Part shown: piece after piece, positions 22,095 through 33,142 of the stretch
Numbering within the stretch: position 1 is the stretch's first letter
Layout: each line of letters starts with the position of its first letter
Assembly: GCF_004010195.1 (NCBI RefSeq)
Contig: NC_057719.1
Coordinates: forward strand, 1,891,210-1,931,096
Source: Chiloscyllium plagiosum
Taxonomy: Eukaryota
Length of the DNA: 39,887 nucleotides
Reading direction: 5' to 3'
The notes under the pieces: model-generated
Seen by the model: the letters and a program-made list of their open reading frames with translations, nothing else
Databases searched by the model: none
Told to the model about the DNA's origin: nothing
Translations under genes and position numbers: made by a program

Positions 22095-22667
22095 CATGTA
22101 CTGCCGCTGTACAGGTCATTGGTTAAGCCACTTTTGGAATACTGTGTGCATTTCTGGTCTCCCTCCTATCGGAATGATGTTGTGAAACTTGAAAGGGTTC
22201 AGCAAAGATTTACAAGGATGTTGCCAGGGTTGGAGGATTTGAGCTATAGGGAGAGGTTGAATAGGCTGGGGCTGTTTTCCCTGGAGCGTCGGAGGCTGAG
22301 GGGTGACCGTACGGAGGTTTACAAAATTATGAGGGACATGGATTGTAAAAGGTAAATAGACAAGGTCTTTTTCCTGGGGTTGGGAAGTTCAGAACTAGAG
22401 GTTGTCGGTTTAAGGTGAGAGGGGAAAAAATTTAAAATAGATCAGAGAGGCAACTTTTTCACGTAGAGGGTGGTACGTGTACGGAATGAACTGCCAGAGG
22501 AAGTGACAACATTTAAAAGGCATCTGGGTGGGTATATGTATAGGAAGGCTTTAGAGGGATGTGGGCCAAGTGCTGGCAAATTGGACTAGATTAATTTAGG
22601 ATATCTGGTTGCCATGCAGAGTTGGATCGAAGGGTCGCTTTCCATGCTGTACATCTGTGACTCTATA
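22095..22667 (+). mobile_element. CR1 (HER1-like) 3' fragment, embedded in an older minus-strand CR1 (~21840-22900)
   Basis: LYRSLVKPLLEYCVHFWSP...LERRRLRGD with a GACTCTAT tail. The flanks give minus-strand ENYRPVSLTS. Confidence 0.9.
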
Positions 22668-22929
22668 CTGGTTCCCATTCATCCACCTCATGTGCTATAC
22701 CTCAAAAAAGTTAAAACTTATTTGAACATAATTTCCTTTTCACAAAGCCATGTTGATTCTGCCTGTTCACATTCTGATTGTCCTGCTCTAACCTCCTTTA
22801 TAATGTGTTCTAGCAGTTTGCTTATGAAGGATGTTAGGCTAACTGGCCTATAGTTTTCTGTGTTCTGTTTCTTTCCTTTCCGGAATGTTATATTGGCTAT
22901 TTTCCGGGAGTAGGTGGGTTGTATTTTGA

Positions 22930-23330
22930 GAATGGTTGGACAGACTAGGCTTGTATCTACTGGAGTTTCGAACAGCAAGAGATAGCTTGATTGAAATTTA
23001 TAAAACCCTGCGGGGACTTGACTAGGGCGGATGTGTGGAGGATGTTTACTTTTCAGGAGAATCTAGAACGAGGGGTCACTGTTTACAAATCTATTCAGAG
23101 CAGCGATCAGGTAGCATATTTTCCTCTCAGATGGTTGCAAGATTTTAAAACTCTTCATAAAAAGGTGCTTGAAGCAGAGTCCTTGTGTATTTTGAAGGCA
23201 AAGGTAGATTCATTCTTGATAAGAAAAAGAGTGATGGGTAGACAGGAATGTGGAGTAATCAGAGCATCAAGGATCTCATTGAATGACAGAGCAGTGTCAA
23301 GGGGCTGACTGTTAACTCTTGCTCCTAATA
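22930..23330 (+). mobile_element. Degenerate CR1 3' fragment
   Basis: Recognisable decayed LGL.LEF..R..LIEIYK region and a 3' UTR ending TTGCTCCTA. Confidence 0.6.
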
Positions 23331-23361
23331 TCTGTGATCATATGCCAAGATGTATTTGGTA

Positions 23362-23850
23362 GAACAGTATAGAGGGAGCTTTACTCTACATCTAACCCCG
23401 TGCTGTACCTGATCCTGGGTGTATTTGATGGGGACTGTGTTGAGAGACCTTTACTTTCAGATTAAAAAAGTAAGGGAGGTTTAACCTCAAGTTTAAAAGA
23501 GTAGAGAGAGCTTTACTCTGTATCTAACCCTGTGCTGTCCCTGTCCTGGGAGTGTTTGATGGGGACAGTGTAGAGGGAGCTTTACTCTGTATCTAACCCT
23601 GTGCTGTCCCTGTCCTGGGAGTGTTCGATGGAGACAGTGTAGAGTGAGCTTTACTCTGTACCTAACCCCATGCTGTCCCTGTCCTGGGAGTGTTTGATGG
23701 GGAGAGTGTAGAGGGAGCTTTACTCTGTATCTAACCCCGTGCTGTCCCTATCCTGGGAGTGTTCGATGGGGGACAATGTAGAGGGAACTTTACTCTGTAT
23801 CTAACCCTGTGCTGTCCCTGTCCTGGGAGTGTTCGATGGGGGACAGTGCA
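23362..23850. repeat. 69-bp minisatellite, ~6 copies
   Basis: Unit GGGGACAGTGTAGAGGGAGCTTTACTCTGTATCTAACCCYGTGCTGTCCCTGTCCTGGGAGTGTTYGAT, with starts at 23561, 23630 and onward. Confidence 0.95.
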
Positions 23851-24043
23851 GAAAGAAATTTATTTTGTTTAAAAGTGAAGTGAGAGTGCTGTTAATGCAG
23901 TGCAAATCATATGGAAGAGTGACTGTAGTTTATAGAGCTGGAATAATGAAAGATTTGTGTGGATTATCCTGACACGTTGCATTTTAATGTCTGCACTGCA
24001 GTGTAAGCACTAGGGGATCTTATCTGGAGAATGGGTTTGATGG

Positions 24044-24074
24044 TGTGTGTATGTGTGTGTGTGTGAGAGAGAGA
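24044..24074. repeat. (TG)n(AG)n microsatellite
   Basis: Directly visible. Confidence 0.85.
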
Positions 24075-24089
24075 TATGGCAGTGCATAT

Positions 24090-24230
24090 GTGCAGAGCAA
24101 CATTCCACAGACTACAAGGTGAAAATGACCAGATAATCAGTTTTAGGGTGTTGGTGGAGGGGTAAATACTGGCGAGGCACCAGGGAGAGCATTCCTGCTC
24201 CTCTGAAGAATAGTGTCCTGGGATCTTTTG
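24090..24230 (-). mobile_element. Deu-domain SINE fragment
   Basis: Reverse complement resembles 37470-37610 (AAAGATCCCAGGACACTATT...CCTGG...ATTTACCCCTCCACCAACAC). Confidence 0.55.
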
Positions 24231-24936
24231 TCAAAGCAGCACGTGGGATTGCACAGTAAAACACTGAAGTGATGGTCTGAATTATATTAACTCTCTGTAA
24301 GACAGGTAAAGTTAAAGATGACAGATGGGTTGTTCTGTCTCATTCAGAAACTTGGAATATGTTCCAGGGATGTTGGGCCAGGTTCTTTACTTCTTGCTGG
24401 TGGAGATGTGCAACATACGCTGCTGTTATCCCCCAGCCCCGACACATACTTGAATAAATGCTGCCGCAGATTGTTCTGCCAGTTGTGTTGGCGGGCTGTG
24501 CTTTGGAGGAATTTGTTGCCACCTCTGATCGCAGTGCATTCTGCTTGTACAATGGTGGATGCTCCCATGTGTTCTCCATGTTGAGGAGGTGAAGGTACAA
24601 GAGAACTTGCATTTATAGAACACCCTTTACAACCTCAAAACATTTTCTGGCCAATTAAGTGTGCGGTAGAAATGATCTTATTTCATGTACGTTTGTTCTG
24701 GATCTCTTAGAAAGAAACCATATTGTTGGTGTACAATTATCTATCTACTGCAACTCATCTCCTTTGAAAATTGTGCCGAATCCCATCTGTTTCTTTATTG
24801 TGTGACTTTTCCCCTTTCTGTTTGGAAGCCAAGCCTAATTATATTATTATCTTTATTATAGTACAATACAGGCGGTGCTTTTATCTATCCACCTGCCCTA
24901 CTTCATAATTCATAACAAGATCTGGTAACACCTCTA

Positions 24937-25290
24937 GGCACGGTGGCTCAGCAGTTAGCACTACTGCCTCACAGCACCAGGCTCCTGGGTTCAATTCCAG
25001 CCTTAGGTGACTGTCTGTGTGGAGTTTGTACATTCTCCCCGTGTCTGCGTGAGTTTCCTCCGGGTGCTCCGGTTTCCTCCCACAGTCCAAAGATGTGCAG
25101 GTCAGGTGGATTGGCCATGCTAAATTGCCCGTAGTGTTCAGGAATGTGTAGGTTAGGTGCATTAGTAAAGAGTAAATATAGAGTAATAGGGTAGGGGAAT
25201 GGGTCTGGATGGGTTGCTCTTCGGAAGGTCGGTGTGGGCTTGTTGGGCCGAAGGGCCTGTTTCCACACTGTAGGGATTCTAATTCTAATT
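24937..25290 (+). mobile_element. HE1-type V-SINE
   Basis: Head, V-domain, and tail ending GGGATTCTAATTCTAATT. Confidence 0.92.
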
Positions 25291-25684
25291 GTGGGTTATG
25301 CAAAGCTTTGAAGAATGTCTTGTGATACAGAGGGTAATGCTCCGCCTCTGAGCCAGATGTTCCAGGTTCAAGTCCCACTCCAGGGCCAGTGGGTTGTAAC
25401 ATGACCAAGTAGATTGAGCATCAGTCTGTAAATCCTTCTGATGTGTACCAGTGGCAGACAGTAATAGTGGGAGAGTTTCCTGGTCAGCCACAGCCCTGTG
25501 TAATCCAGATGTAAGCTTGTGTTAGAAGCTACACTCCATCGGAAGGGCCCTTCTCACTTTGTGGGACAGCCAGAGTGAGACAAACTTAGAAATGAGTCTC
25601 ACGTGCATACACTTCTTCTGTTTACTCTCTCTGTCTGCCCCAGTCACCGTACCGAGACCCATTTTCCAGTGAAAACCGAAACCG

Positions 25685-25785
25685 GTCCTGAGGAAGAGGC
25701 ACTGGACCCGAAATGTTAACTCTGATTTCTCTCCACAGATGCTGCTAGACCTGCCGAGCTTTTCCAGCAATTTCTGTTTTTGTTC
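25685..25785 (+). mobile_element. Penelope-like terminal fragment with a decayed hammerhead motif
   Basis: CTGAGGA-A-GAGGC-ACTG-GACCC-GAAA-TGTT-AACTC followed by GATGCTGCTAGACCTGCCGAGCTTTTCCAGCA. Confidence 0.7.
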
Positions 25786-26349
25786 CTTTTCCAGTTCTCT
25801 CCTGGAGAGTACCAGGCAGTTTGAGGGAAAGGATAAGGAATAGAAACCGGAACGGGCCAGTTGTCTCTTCCAGCCTGCTGTGTCATTCAGTGAGACCTCC
25901 TGCCTTCTCCATTCTCTCTTCCTTCAGTTCAGTATCCCGAAAGCAAAATCTGACTTCTGCTACACCAATGGGACATCTTTCTTTAATCTTTGATCTCTAA
26001 CTACACTGACTTGCTCAGACCGTGTTTTTGTAATAGTCCACCTTCTTTCTGTACACCACTAAATTCTGTCTTTCACCCATGATATCATTCCTCTTCTAAA
26101 AGTATTTTTATCTGATGGATTAATTCACAGTGACGCACAGCTTGCAGCCTTGTACCTGTGTGAAGAAGGCCTAGATTTCCTATTGATATACTTTCATTGT
26201 TCCCCCCGGTTTATATTTCCATATTGTGAGAATTGTAATATATCTACCTTTTTTTTACATATTAATTCACTCCATGTGGCTAGATTTCTTCTTTCATGTG
26301 AGTTTGAACCTCATTCCTTTACGATACTTTTCCCTCATCTCAGGTACTC

Positions 26350-27005
26350 GGGATAGTGAAGAAGGCGTTTGGATTGCTTTCCTTTATTAGTCAGAGTATT
26401 GAGCACAGGAGTTGGGAGGTCATGTTGCGGCTGTACAGGACACTAGTTAGGCCACTGTTGGAATATTGCGTGCAATTCTGGTCTCCCTGCTACAGGAACG
26501 ATGTTGTGAAACTTGAAAGGGTTCAGAAAAGATTTACAAGGATGTTGCCAGAGTTGAAGTGTTTTGAGTTACAGGGAGAGGCTGATTAGACTGGGGCTAG
26601 GTTTTCCCTGGAGCGTCTGAGGCTGAGGGGTGACCTGAAGAGGCTTATAAAATCATGAGGGGCATGGACAGGATAAATGGACAAGATCTTTTCCCTGGGG
26701 TGGGGGAGTGCAAAACTAGAAGGTATAGGTTTAGGGTGTGAGGGGAAAAATTTGAAGGGGACCTAAGGAGCAAAGTTTTCACGCAGAGGGTGGTACGTGT
26801 ATGGAATGAGCTGCCAGAGGAAGTGGTGGAGGCTGGTACAATTACAACATTTAAAACACATCTGGATGGGTATATGAATAGGAAGGGTGTGGAGGAATAT
26901 GGGCCGGGTGCTGGCAGGTGGGACTAGATTGGGTTGGGATATCTGGTCAGCATGGACGGGTTGGACCGAAGGGTCTGTTTCCATGCTGTACCACTTTATG
27001 ACTCT
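26350..27005 (+). mobile_element. CR1 (HER1-like) 3' fragment
   Basis: KKAFGLLSFISQSIEHRSWEVMLRLYRTLVRPLLEYCVQFWSP, with a 3' UTR as in other copies. Confidence 0.93.
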
Positions 27006-27789
27006 AACTGGATTAATTCTGATGTTCAATTAATGCTGGTGTTGCCAGGAACGCCTACATCCCGTGAACGGATTTTTAAAAAGTTGATTCCCTCCCCTCT
27101 CTTTGTTTCTTTAGCATGCTATTTTGTTAATATATTTGTGTATTTACTTAATTTATTTCTACCTCCCCTTCTGGCTCTTTGAGAGTTTTGTATTTTCCCT
27201 GCTCCGCCTTTCCTTTCTGTTTAAACAAGTCTTTATCCGTTTTGCCAGTTCAATAGCTTAGCCAAAGCAGAAACAACATTGCCTGGAAGTGCCCCACAGA
27301 CGGAAGTCCTCTGGCTGACCCTACCCATGTACCCAATTGTTGAGCTGCTCATTCTCCTGCTCCCTTTATTCTGGGCAGCAAACTTGTGTCCTGCACTGAA
27401 AACCAGCTCCTGATCTCAACGCCCACTGCAGGCCTCCTATGCTTCCCACCAGCATTGTCTCTGAAATGGAAAAGGCTGTTCACCCTCAGCTTCTGCAATC
27501 TTTACTGATTGTTGCAAATGATCCCTTATCCGAACACTCAAAGGCAGAAAACCACCTGAGACTGCACTGCCTCTACTAATGAAATGCCCTGCGAGCTTTA
27601 TTTGAAGCTGATGCTTATTAGAAGCACTCACCGTTGGTACTGTTTCAGCAGAACATGCTGGGAGTGCTTCATTGTAAAGTGTATGGGATATCCTGCCAGG
27701 ATGAAAGATGCTATGTAAAAGCAGTTCTTTCTTTTGACATTTCAAACATTGCAAGGAAGCTCAAAATGTGAACCATCTATACTCTTTGG

Positions 27790-28457
27790 TTAGATTCATA
27801 CCTTACACTTACCGAGATCTGTAATTCTATGTATATGAAACCATCCTGAACCCTTGATTAGATTCCAGTCTGTATCTCACTTACAGGTATCTGTTATATA
27901 AATATATATATAGCACCCCAAACCCCTCAATTAGATTCCAGTCTGTAACTCCCTTCCAGGTATCTGCTATTCTACATATAAACCATCACGAACCCCTCAA
28001 TTAGACTCCAGTCTGTATATCATTCCTGGGTATTCTACACATAAATCACCACAAACCCCTCAATTAGATTCCAGCCTAGAACTCATTCTTGGGTATCTGT
28101 TATTCTATAAGGGGGGTATGTAAACCACCCAAAACCCTGAAATAGATTCCAATCTGTGACTCACTCCCAAGTATCTGTTATTCTGTATATAAACCACCCC
28201 AAACCCCTTGATTAGATTCCAGTCTGTACCTCGCTCCCAGGTATCTGTTATTCTAGATATAAACCACCCAAACCCCTCGATTAGATTCCAGTCTGTACCT
28301 CACTCCCGGAGTATCTGTTATTCTAGATATAAACCACCCAAACCCCTCGATTAGATTCCAGTCTGTAATTCCCTTCCAGGTATCTGATATTCTGTATATA
28401 AACCACCCTGAACCCCTCAATTAGATTCCAGTCTGTAACTCACTCCTGGGTATCTAT
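27790..28457. repeat. 70-bp minisatellite, ~9-10 copies
   Basis: Unit TTAGATTCCAGTCTGTAMCTCACTCCCRGGTATCTGTTATTCTATATATAAACCACCCYRAACCCCTCRA, with starts such as 28281 and 28351. Confidence 0.95.
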
Positions 28458-29099
28458 TAATCCTCCATTAAGTTTCAGACTGCAACTCACTCTGAGATGT
28501 GACTGGCATTTACTTTTGTGATATGCAGGTTGTATCTTCCTATAGGCTGTTTAATTGGAGCATTTAATTGGCTTCCAAGTTGTAGTGTGTCAGGATGGTA
28601 CAATAGAACCCATTTGAGTTACAATTTAGGAAATGAACAAGAAATGCTGTGTTGTTGCAATGGAAATGGAATGAGCTCAGTGTCTGATATCCCATGGTTT
28701 ACAGCTGCAGCAGGGACTGCAGCTGGTTGTGATGTATCCCTGTGAATCTGTGGCAGAGAGTTAATGAACCAAGGTGTTAACGATATCCTCCCTTCCCCTC
28801 CTCCGTTCTCATCCTGCAGCATATACTGGACTGGTTCCCTTGAGCCCAGTTTTGGAGCAGAGTGAGTCGGAGATTGGAGAGAAATTTCTCTGCTAATATG
28901 GAACATATATCCAGAAGGAGGCCATTCAGCCTCTGAAGGCATGACTGCTGTGTGTATCGTGACTTACTGCCTTTTTTCTGTAACCTTTGCTGTCATTAGC
29001 CAACCAAAATTATCAATATTTATCCTGTCCCACATCCCCACCTCCAGCACCCTCCCTCTCGTCTCTTACCTGCACTTGACATTTAACGGAGAATGATTG

Positions 29100-29637
29100 A
29101 TGTCTTCCTTGGTTTTTCTGTGCACACGTCCTCCCCCCACCTCGCCTGCAATCATTCAAACGTATCACCTTCTGAGCTGACTGCATTCCGTGCTCTGAGA
29201 TCCAACCCTGAATTTATAATCAAACCTGTTGTCAAAGGTGATGCTTTGTTGTCTGGTGTACTGATGTCTACACTGTGGAGTTTGAGTACCAGCTGTCAGA
29301 TATCTCCTCCTCCCACTCCAGACTATGATCCCACCATCTCTTCCAACTTGAATCGTGATTTTTCTGGTACTTTACGTCGGTTTCTACATTTCTGGTTTGC
29401 AGGCACTGGTGGCTGTGTCTTTCCCATGACTGTGCAGTTCCTCTCCCACATCCATCGCCCATCAGGATGCTCTCAGGGCTCTCCACTTCTCCCTTGAAAG
29501 AAGGCTTGAACCGACCCCATCCAGTACCACCCTCCTCCACTTTGTTCCTCACTTTGAACAATTCTTTAACTCTTCTCACATTCTTCAGGTCAAAGGTGTG
29601 GCCATGGGTACCCATGCAGGCCCCAGTTACGCCTGTT
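29100..29637 (+). mobile_element. Degenerate Penelope-like reverse transcriptase fragment
   Basis: ALRSNPEFIIKPVVKG resembles IIKPADKG. LTLNN..FNSSHILQVKGVAMGTHAGPSYAC matches the PLE RT motif QxxGxAMG. Confidence 0.8.
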
Positions 29638-29996
29638 GTAATCTGAGGTAACCCTCTTCACTGTCCTAACTATATCTCCTATTTTCACATCCAAATCATT
29701 TATATAAAATGACGAAAAGTAGAGGACCCAGCACCAATCCTTGTGGCGCTCCACTGGTCAGAGGCCTCCAGTCTGAAAAACAACCCTCCACCCCCACCCT
29801 CTGTCTTCTACCTTTGAGCCAGTTCTGTATCCAAATGGCTAGTTCTCCCTGTATTCCGTGAGATCTAACCTTGCTGACCAATCTCCCATGGGGACCTTGT
29901 TGAATGCCTTACTGAAGCCCATATAGATCACATCCACCGTTCTGCCCTCATCAATCCCCTTTGTTATTTTTTCAAAAAACTCAATCAGGTTTGTTT
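29638..29996 (-). mobile_element. CR1 RT fragment
   Basis: NLIEFFEK...MGFSKAFNKVP...GAPQGLVLGPLLF. Confidence 0.9.
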
Positions 29997-30070
29997 GACA
30001 TTTAATCATTTTGAACAACTCAGTTAGATTGAATTCCTTAATCTCAGTCTCTTTCTTCAGGATCATGCAA

Positions 30071-31110
30071 TTAGAGTCATAGAGTCATACAGATGTACGG
30101 CATGGAAACAGACCCTTCGGTCCAATCTGGCCATGCTGATCAGATATCCCAGCCCAATCTAGTCCCACCTGCCAGCACCCGGCCCATATCCCTCCAAACC
30201 CTTCCTATTCATAAACCCATCCAACTGCCTCTTAAATGTTGCAATTGTACCAGCCTCCCCAACTGCCTCTTAAATGTTGCAATTGTACCAGCCTCCACCA
30301 CTTCCTCTGGCAGCTCATTCCAGACCCGTACCACCTGCGTGAAAAAGTTGCCCCTTAGGTCTCTTTTATATCTTTCCTCTCTCACCCTAAACCTATGCCC
30401 TCTAGTTCTGGACTCCCCAACCCCAGGGAAAAGACTTTGCCTATTTACCCTATCCATGCCCCTCATAATTTTGTAAACCTGAATAAGGTCACCCCTCAGC
30501 GTCCGATGCTCCAGGGAAAGCAGCCTCAGCTTATTCAGCCTCTACTTATAGCTCAGATCCTCCAACCCTGGCAACATCCTTGTAAATCTTTACTGAACCC
30601 TTTCAAGTTTCACAACATATTTCCGATAGGAAGGAGACCCGAATTGCATACAATATTCCAACAGTGGCCTAATCAATGTCCTGTACAGCTGCAACATGAC
30701 CTCCCAACTCCTATACTCAATACTCTGACCAATAAAGGAAAACATTCCAAACACGTTCTTCACTATCCTATCTACCTGCAACTCCACTTTCAAGGAGCTA
30801 TGAACCTGCACTCCAAGGTCGCTTTGTTCAGCAACACTCCCTAGGACTTTAGCATTAACCTTTGAGCCAGTTCTGTATCCAAATGGCTAGTTCTCCCTGT
30901 ATTCCGTGAGATCTAACCTTGCTAACCAGTCTCCCATGGGGAACCTTGTCGAACGCCTTACTGAAGTCCATATCGATCACATCTACTGCTCTGCCCTCAT
31001 CAATCTTCTTTGTTACTTCTTCAAAAAACTCAATCAAGTTTGTGAGACATGATTTCCCATGCACAAAGCCATGTTGACTACCCCGAATCAGTCCTTGCCT
31101 TTCCAAATAC
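30071..31110 (-). mobile_element. CR1 (HER1-like) copy with an internal deletion (~30850) and a 38-bp tandem duplication (30221-30296)
   Basis: SQHGFVHGKSCLTNLIEFF...MDFSKAFDKVPH is joined directly to the 3' ORF2 part. The (CTCTATGA)n tail is at 30072-30090. Confidence 0.93.
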
Positions 31111-31469
31111 TTGTACTGTTAGAAGAAGATATGTTCTCTTGGATTTGGAAATTGTGTTTTAACTCTGCCATTGTCACATCTTGTATTTTGAATACAATTC
31201 TGAGTTTGATGTCTTCTGTCCTGATATCCTTCCAGACTCTTTCTACGACAAAGGCTTGTGTTCATGGAGCATTGAGAGGGAAAGCCATGCATTCCACAGA
31301 GGTCCTGACTCTTTGAGACAGGGCTGTGAAAGGTTGGTTAAAGGTGCAGGAGGGAGGTGGAGGGATTTGAGTTCCTCAAACAGGGCTGAGTTACTGGAAG
31401 GGAAGTACACTCTTGCTGCAGGATTGAGAATCAATCATTATCTCTCAAAAAATGAATACGTAGATTCAG

Positions 31470-31935
31470 AAGAGGGACTGCAAGACTGATCCAATGTGTA
31501 ATGATGAGCTGTGAATACACAAGGCTTAGAATCTCTTTGGAACATAGGAGAAGCAGAATTGGACCTACTGAAACACACAAGACTTTTAAGGGACTTGTCA
31601 GGCTAGGTGCTGAAAGAATTCTTTCCCCCATTAGAGAGTCTAGGACCAGAGGGCATACTATCAGATAAAGGGATTGCATATTCAAGACAGAGATGAAGAG
31701 GAATTTCTTCTCTGAGGGTTGTGCATCTGTGAATCCTTGACCACATCATGAATTATTCATCACAGAGGGTTGTTGAGGCTGGGTCATTGTCCAAAATTGA
31801 GATTGACAGATTTTAATCAGTAAGGGAACCAAGGATATGGGGAAAAGGCAGGAAAATGCAGTTGAAGATTATCAGATCCATCATTGAGTAGCAGACTGGA
31901 TTCGATGGTCTACTTCTGCTGCTGTGTCTCATGGT
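31470..31935 (+). mobile_element. Degenerate CR1 3' fragment
   Basis: GAGTCTAGGACCAGAGGGCATA...GAGATGAAGAGGAATTTCTTCTCTGAGGGTTGT and a 3' UTR ending CTACTTCTGCT. Confidence 0.7.
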
Positions 31936-32732
31936 TGTATGGGGGTTACAGTCTGGACAATTAGGGGTGCCCTGGGGAAAGATACTACAGGAACACAAAC
32001 ATAGATAATTTTTTTACAAGTGAACCAGGAGCAGAGAAATGAAAATTAGACAAAGAAATAAAGAAGCTGCATTCCTACTATAAATCTGAATCCTTCCCAC
32101 TGTCACCACCTCAGATCCTTGCTGGGGCCTCTCTAGACCATGTTCTCCCATGGGTCCACCATACCCTTCCTCAGTTACCTTGGACTTCTCATCCAGACCT
32201 TCACCCACCACCCTAGCGACATTCTGTCGATACATCCCAGAACTCCAGAAGTCATGCCGCAGTTTTGTCAGTACATCACAAGGAACAAGAATAGAAAATG
32301 ACCAAGAGTCAGAGTCTCAGCATTCAGTCATCTGCTCAGGCCAGTCATCTAAAGGGAGAAACAGCAGATGTTTTAGTGACACTGGATTTGGATTAGGATG
32401 GGGTGGGGGAGCGGGCAAGTGATTCTGAGTGTGGTAATGAAATAGAGAGATAGGGAAAAAAAGGAATGCAGCAAGTAGGAACAAAATCTGAACTAAAATC
32501 TGGGCATGCTGGGAGACACAAGTGTTCAGGCAGCCTCTGTGAAGAGAGAGAAACAGAATTAATGTCTCAGGCATAAATGCTTAGTGCAAGACCTTTGGAC
32601 AAAGATTCCACTACTGAAACAATAACCTCGTTGTTCATTGCCCAACTGACTGATTGATTCTGTTTCAGATTTCCAGCCTCCGCAGTTTTTTGTTGGCCTT
32701 GTTAATTTGCTGCTTGGTGGTTTTTGATTTAA

Positions 32733-33142
32733 CTTTTTATTGTCACATGAACCTAGGTACAGTGAAAAGTTTTGTTTTGTGTGCAGTACAGGCAGGTCAT
32801 ACCATAGAAAGTATATTAAGGTAATAGAATGGAGCGGGGAATGGAACGTTATAGCTGCAGAGAAGGTGCACAAACATATCAACATTAGGTTTGACATTTG
32901 AGAGACCTGTTCAGAAGTCTAATGACAGCAGGGAAGAAGCTGTCCTTGAACCTGTTGGTACATATGTTTAAGCTTTTGTATCTTCTGCCTGACAGAAGAG
33001 GTCAGAGGAGATTATAAGTGGGATGGGAGGAGTCTTTGATGATGCTCGCTGCCTTTCTGAGGGAGCAAGCGTGTAGATAGAGTCCACAGATGGAAGGTTG
33101 GCTTGCGCAGTGGACTGGGCTGTGTTCACAACTTTCTGGAGT
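32733..33142 (-). mobile_element. Rex1/Babar-clade LINE 3' fragment
   Basis: Minus translation LQKVVNTAQS..ANLPSVDSIY..KAASIIKDSSHP...LLSGRRYKSL..CTNRFKDSFFPAVIRLLN; AATAAA lies at the 3' end. Confidence 0.82.

Noticed and set aside
24349..24588. Possible exon (acceptor CTCATTCAG, several overlapping ORFs)
   Set aside because: All plus frames hit stops before a weak donor, and no recognisable protein is encoded on either strand.
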